Part shown: positions 63,001-64,000 of the stretch, piece by piece
Position numbering within the stretch: position 1 is the first letter of the stretch
Layout of the letters: each line of letters starts with the position of its first letter
Notes under the pieces: model-generated
What the model saw: the letters and a program-made list of their open reading frames with translations, nothing else
What the model was told of the DNA's origin: nothing
Database searches by the model: none
Assembly (NCBI GenBank): GCA_046563655.1
Contig: CM102285.1
Coordinates: forward strand, 6,138,001-6,202,000
Direction: 5' to 3'
From: Yuukianura sp. NJ FZ-2021
Taxonomy: Eukaryota
DNA: 64,000 bases
Translations under genes and position numbers: made by a program

Positions 63001-63667
63001 TAGCAATCACATAGTCGTTGTACGATTAGCGTCAACTTGAGGAACGTGCGTTGAAACACATACTGGGACTGTTTGCACTCAAAATTTTTTATCGGAGCTG
63101 TGGAAACGTAGCCTGCAAATGTCGTTGGAAAATAGCACCCACAAGAAGTAGACAATTTATCCCCCCCACATCCAGGGAACGTGAGTAGAGTGCATTAGCG
63201 AGCCGCTGTGGTAACATATCCCATAGTGGTTGTACGATCAGCCTAATCTTGAGGAACGTGCGTTTGAAACACATACTTGGACTGTTTGCACTAAAAATAT
63301 TTTATCGGAGCTATGGAAACGTAGCCTGCAAATGTGGTTGGAAAAATAGCTCCCACAAGATGTAGACAATTTATCCCCCACCCCACCGTCCAGAGAACGA
63401 AAGTAGAGTGCCTCAGCGAGCCGCTGTGGTAACATATCCCATAGTGGTTGTACGATCAGCGTCAACTTGAGGAACGTGCGTTTGAAACACATACTTGGAC
63501 TGTTTGCACTCAAAATATTTTATCGGAGCTATGGAAACGTAGCCTGCAAATGTCGTTGGAAAAATAGCACCCACAAGATGTAGACAATTTATCCCCCTCC
63601 CCCATCCAGGGAACGAGAGTAGAGTGCATCAGCGAACTGCTGTGATAACATATCCCATTGTCGTTCT
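39010..63667. repeat. Satellite DNA array, ~215-bp monomer, ~115 head-to-tail copies, with higher-order repeats
   Basis: ACGTAGCCTGCAAA... recurs at 39010, 39225, 39440 and onward; variable poly-C tract in each unit; ends at ...GTCGTTCT 63667. Confidence 0.98.
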
Positions 63668-64000
63668 TTTTGGTGCAATTCAACTCATGCACAAAATAAG
63701 ATCTCACATTCACACTGAAAATTTTTAGCTACGTTTCAGAGCATCAATTACATGGAAACGGTTTTTCAGTTCGTCCACAGTTTTGCGGTAGGCCGGTCTC
63801 AATGTCGCATCAATTGTCAACTTCCTCCAGAAGACCTATGCTCAACCCTTGAGCATTGCCCTACCTTGTTTTATTCCAAACTAGGCTTTTGCATTGCCTG
63901 CAGCAATGCAAATAGCCTAGAGTATTGCGTGTGTAACCAGATTAACAAACTAACTTCACACAAAAATATTAATCACAATTGCGAATGCACCAATTTTAAA

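Noticed and set aside
39010..63667. CRISPR array
   Set aside because: The whole unit repeats, with no unique spacers and no cas genes; the context is eukaryotic
39001..63713. Over 100 short ORFs (MSANSPSMCFKR..., MHSTLVPW...) as a gene family
   Set aside because: They are translations of the 215-bp monomer in all three frames, and their lengths are set by the C-tract; many start at non-ATG codons

Overview
AT-rich eukaryotic genomic DNA with GT-AG introns. The gene families suggest a non-insect hexapod such as a springtail (inference only). There is no prokaryotic operon, CRISPR array or rRNA/tRNA gene. The first ~39 kb is a gene-family and transposon-rich region. It holds three intronless divergent ionotropic-receptor-like genes (two are tandem paralogs, one with a 5-nt frameshift), a GNAT acetyltransferase, two EF-hand genes and a 3-exon 7TM chemoreceptor-like gene. 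An F-box/LRR gene is split just after its F-box motif by a full-length BEL/Pao LTR retrotransposon (intact 1773-aa ORF, 431-bp LTRs, GACAA target-site duplication). There are also two adjacent LINE fragments, several MITE, fold-back and Helentron-like elements, and an internally deleted pogo-like DNA transposon. Bases 39010-63667 are one tandem array of a ~215-bp monomer (~115 copies). It starts a few bp after the transposon's right TIR, has higher-order periods that change along its length, and accounts for nearly all short ORFs listed after 39 kb.
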